64,000 nt of DNA, from contig OZ218778.1 of assembly GCA_965112635.1 (NCBI GenBank), positions 2,528,001-2,592,000 on the forward strand, read 5' to 3'. Below, in pieces: positions 62,133 to 64,000 of this stretch (position 1 is its first letter; every line of letters begins with the position of its first letter). This stretch comes from an uncultured bacterium. Lineage in GTDB: Bacteria > Oederibacteriota > Oederibacteriia > Oederibacteriales > Oederibacteriaceae. Position numbers and translations under genes: made by a program. The notes under the pieces are model-generated. The model saw nothing but the letters and a program-made list of their open reading frames with translations. It did no database searches and had not been told where the DNA came from.

Positions 62133-63326
62133 TTAGCCTACCATCAAAAAGGCTTTTTCCAAGACCTGGATGGCCTGGTTGATCTCCGCCTCGTTGCAAG
62201 TCAGGGGCGGCAGAAATCTCAGGGTCCTGTCCGCGGACGCGTTGAGGACCAATCCGGCCTCGAAACAGTGCCGCACGATGGCCTTGGCTTCGGCCTCCAC
62301 GTCCACGCCCACGATGAGCCCTTTGCCCCTGATCTCCGTAATATGCGTCACTCTTTTCCTCAATTCCTCCAGCTGGTCCAGCAGATACTGGCCCATCTTT
62401 TCAACGTGGCTGAGGATATTCTCTTCCTGGATGACCTCCAAAGTCGCCAGCCCGGCAGCGCAGGCCACCGGGTTGCCTCCCATGGTCGTGCCGTGGTCGC
62501 CCAGGCCGAAAGCCGAGACCACGTGCTCCCCGGCGACGCAGGCGCCCAGCGGCAAGCCTCCGCCAAGCCCTTTGGCCAGGGTCATGATGTCCGGCGTCAC
62601 GCCAAAATGCTGATAAGCGAACATCTTGCCGGTCCGCCCCAAACCGGTCTGGACCTCGTCAAATATGAGGAGCATCTTGTTCTTGTCGCACAACGCCCTC
62701 AAACCCTTGAAATACTCGGGCCCGGCCATCCTGACCCCGCCCTCTCCCTGGATGGGCTCGACCATCACGGCGCAAGTCCGTTCGTTGATGAGTTTTTCCA
62801 GGGCGCCCAGGTCGTTGAACGGCGCGTACTTGAACCCGAGCATGAGCGGTTCCAGGCCCTGGTGAAATTTGTGCTGGCCCGTGGCCGTCAAAGTCGCCAG
62901 GGTCCTGCCGTGGAACGAATTGTTCATCGTGATGATCTCGTAATGGTTAGGGCTCAGGTTCTTTTTGGCGTATTTCCGCGTCAGCTTGATGGCCGTCTCA
63001 TTGGCCTCGGCCCCGCTGTTGGTGTAAAAGACTTTGCCGGGAAAACTCAGGTCCAGCAGTTTCTTGGCCAGCTTGATCTGCGGCTCCAGGTAAAAAAGGT
63101 TGCTCGTATGCATCACCTTGGACGCCTGGGCCTTGACCGCCTCCACGACCCTGGGATGGCAGTGCCCGATCAGGCATACCGCCAGCCCGCCGAAAAAGTC
63201 CAAATACTCTTTGCCGTTGAGGTCCCATATCCGGGAACCTTGGGCCTTGTCCACCACCGCAGTGAACCGGTTAAAGGTCTGACCGATCACCTCTGATTCT
63301 AGCTTGATCAGTTCTTCGCTCGTCAT
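62133..63326 (-). CDS. argD: Acetylornithine aminotransferase
   Basis: NSGAEANE, SFHGRT, EPIQGEGG, FDEVQTG.GRTG and LAKGLGGG; located in the arg operon. Confidence 0.95.
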   Translation of the reverse strand: MTSEELIKLESEVIGQTFNRFTAVVDKAQGSRIWDLNGKEYLDFFGGLAVCLIGHCHPRVVEAVKAQASKVMHTSNLFYLEPQIKLAKKLLDLSFPGKVFYTNSGAEANETAIKLTRKYAKKNLSPNHYEIITMNNSFHGRTLATLTATGQHKFHQGLEPLMLGFKYAPFNDLGALEKLINERTCAVMVEPIQGEGGVRMAGPEYFKGLRALCDKNKMLLIFDEVQTGLGRTGKMFAYQHFGVTPDIMTLAKGLGGGLPLGACVAGEHVVSAFGLGDHGTTMGGNPVACAAGLATLEVIQEENILSHVEKMGQYLLDQLEELRKRVTHITEIRGKGLIVGVDVEAEAKAIVRHCFEAGLVLNASADRTLRFLPPLTCNEAEINQAIQVLEKAFLMVG

Positions 63327-63342
63327 ATTCCGTCCTTTGAAT

Positions 63343-64000
63343 TTAGTGTAGTATCTGTGTCCCCACGCCTTTGTCCGTGAATATTTCCAAAAGAATCGAA
63401 TGCATCACCCTGCCGTCGACCATGTGCGCCTTGGCCACCCCAGCCTTGAGGGCCCTGAGGCAGGACTTGACCTTGGGGATCATGCCTCCGTGGATGACTC
63501 CCTGCTTGATGAGCTTTTCCACCGCTACTCTGGTCAGAGACGAGGCCAGCTTTTGCCTTTTGCCCTTGCCGACAAGGATGCCCTGCACGTCCGTCAAAAA
63601 CACCACCTTGTGGGCCTGGAGCGCTACCGCCACCTCTGCCGCCACATGGTCGGCATTGATGTTGTAATATTGGCCGTCCGAACACTGGCCCAGGGGCGCG
63701 ACCACGGGGATCACCGCCTCGGGGCTGTTGATCAGTTTTTTGATCCTCCCTGTGTCCACCCTGGTCACTTCGCCCACAAATCCCAGGTCCTGTTTATTGC
63801 CCTTTTCGTCCTTGTGGTACTTTTTCCGCGCCTTGAGGAACAATGCCGTCCCCTTCTTATCCGCGATGCCTTGGGCAGTTCCGCCGCTTTTGGCCAGCAA
63901 GCCCACCAGCTCTGCGTTGATCTTTTTCATCACCTTAGCCGTGATCCTCAAGGTCTCGGCGTCCGTCACCCTCATCCCGTGGACAAAATGGGGTTTTTTG
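63343..64000 (-). CDS. argB: Acetylglutamate kinase, partial (5' end off the window)
   Basis: GMRVTD, DLGFVGEV, YNINAD, LTDVQG, GGMIPKV and LLEIFTDKGVGT. Confidence 0.95.
   Translation of the reverse strand, partial: KKPHFVHGMRVTDAETLRITAKVMKKINAELVGLLAKSGGTAQGIADKKGTALFLKARKKYHKDEKGNKQDLGFVGEVTRVDTGRIKKLINSPEAVIPVVAPLGQCSDGQYYNINADHVAAEVAVALQAHKVVFLTDVQGILVGKGKRQKLASSLTRVAVEKLIKQGVIHGGMIPKVKSCLRALKAGVAKAHMVDGRVMHSILLEIFTDKGVGTQILH

Noticed and set aside
3103-63296. Long antisense or alternate-frame ORFs such as 3103-4248, 10498-11349, 25496-26503, 38697-39764, 52186-53184 and 62268-63296
   Set aside because: Each overlaps a well-supported gene and is expected from GC-rich codon bias.

Overview
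A 64-kb chromosomal window from a moderately GC-rich diderm bacterium (lpxI and lnt are present). I found no rRNA, tRNA, CRISPR array or intact transposase. The left 27 kb is dominated by sugar catabolism. It has a partial GH106-like glycosidase (missing from the ORF track), a nucleoside hydrolase plus a membrane-anchored GH127-like enzyme, an lnt/Tad-pseudopilin cluster, and a complete PVM-type bacterial microcompartment (BMC) locus. The BMC locus encodes PduL, 3 BMC-H, AckA, 3 BMC-P, an aldehyde dehydrogenase and a class II aldolase. It has no alcohol or lactate dehydrogenase, but carries a divergent DeoR-PduS-PduT unit. Next to it are a DUF4091/GH123-like gene and an MFS-rhaI-rhaB-(EryC-like epimerase) cluster. 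The 29.7-40.2 kb block encodes three ~1000-aa secreted proteins with alternating-Thr linkers and YPNP/GxY C-terminal domains. Two are paralogues with an unrecognised beta-propeller-like N-terminus flanking an AraC gene, and one is GH74-like with a second paralogue at 55-57 kb. The right part is mostly housekeeping: lpxI, GH57, purC, rpoZ, nrdR, an HPS-RraA fusion, a cyclophilin, mscS, folD and argBDFGH. It also contains a 23-bp tandem array built from the mscS stop-codon region and a frameshifted HEAT-repeat gene. The best candidate for an undescribed system is the rhamnose-linked BMC that may use PduS/PduT instead of a dehydrogenase for redox balance. The AraC-flanking secreted paralogue pair is second. 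All family calls come from motif recognition by eye; no database searches were run.
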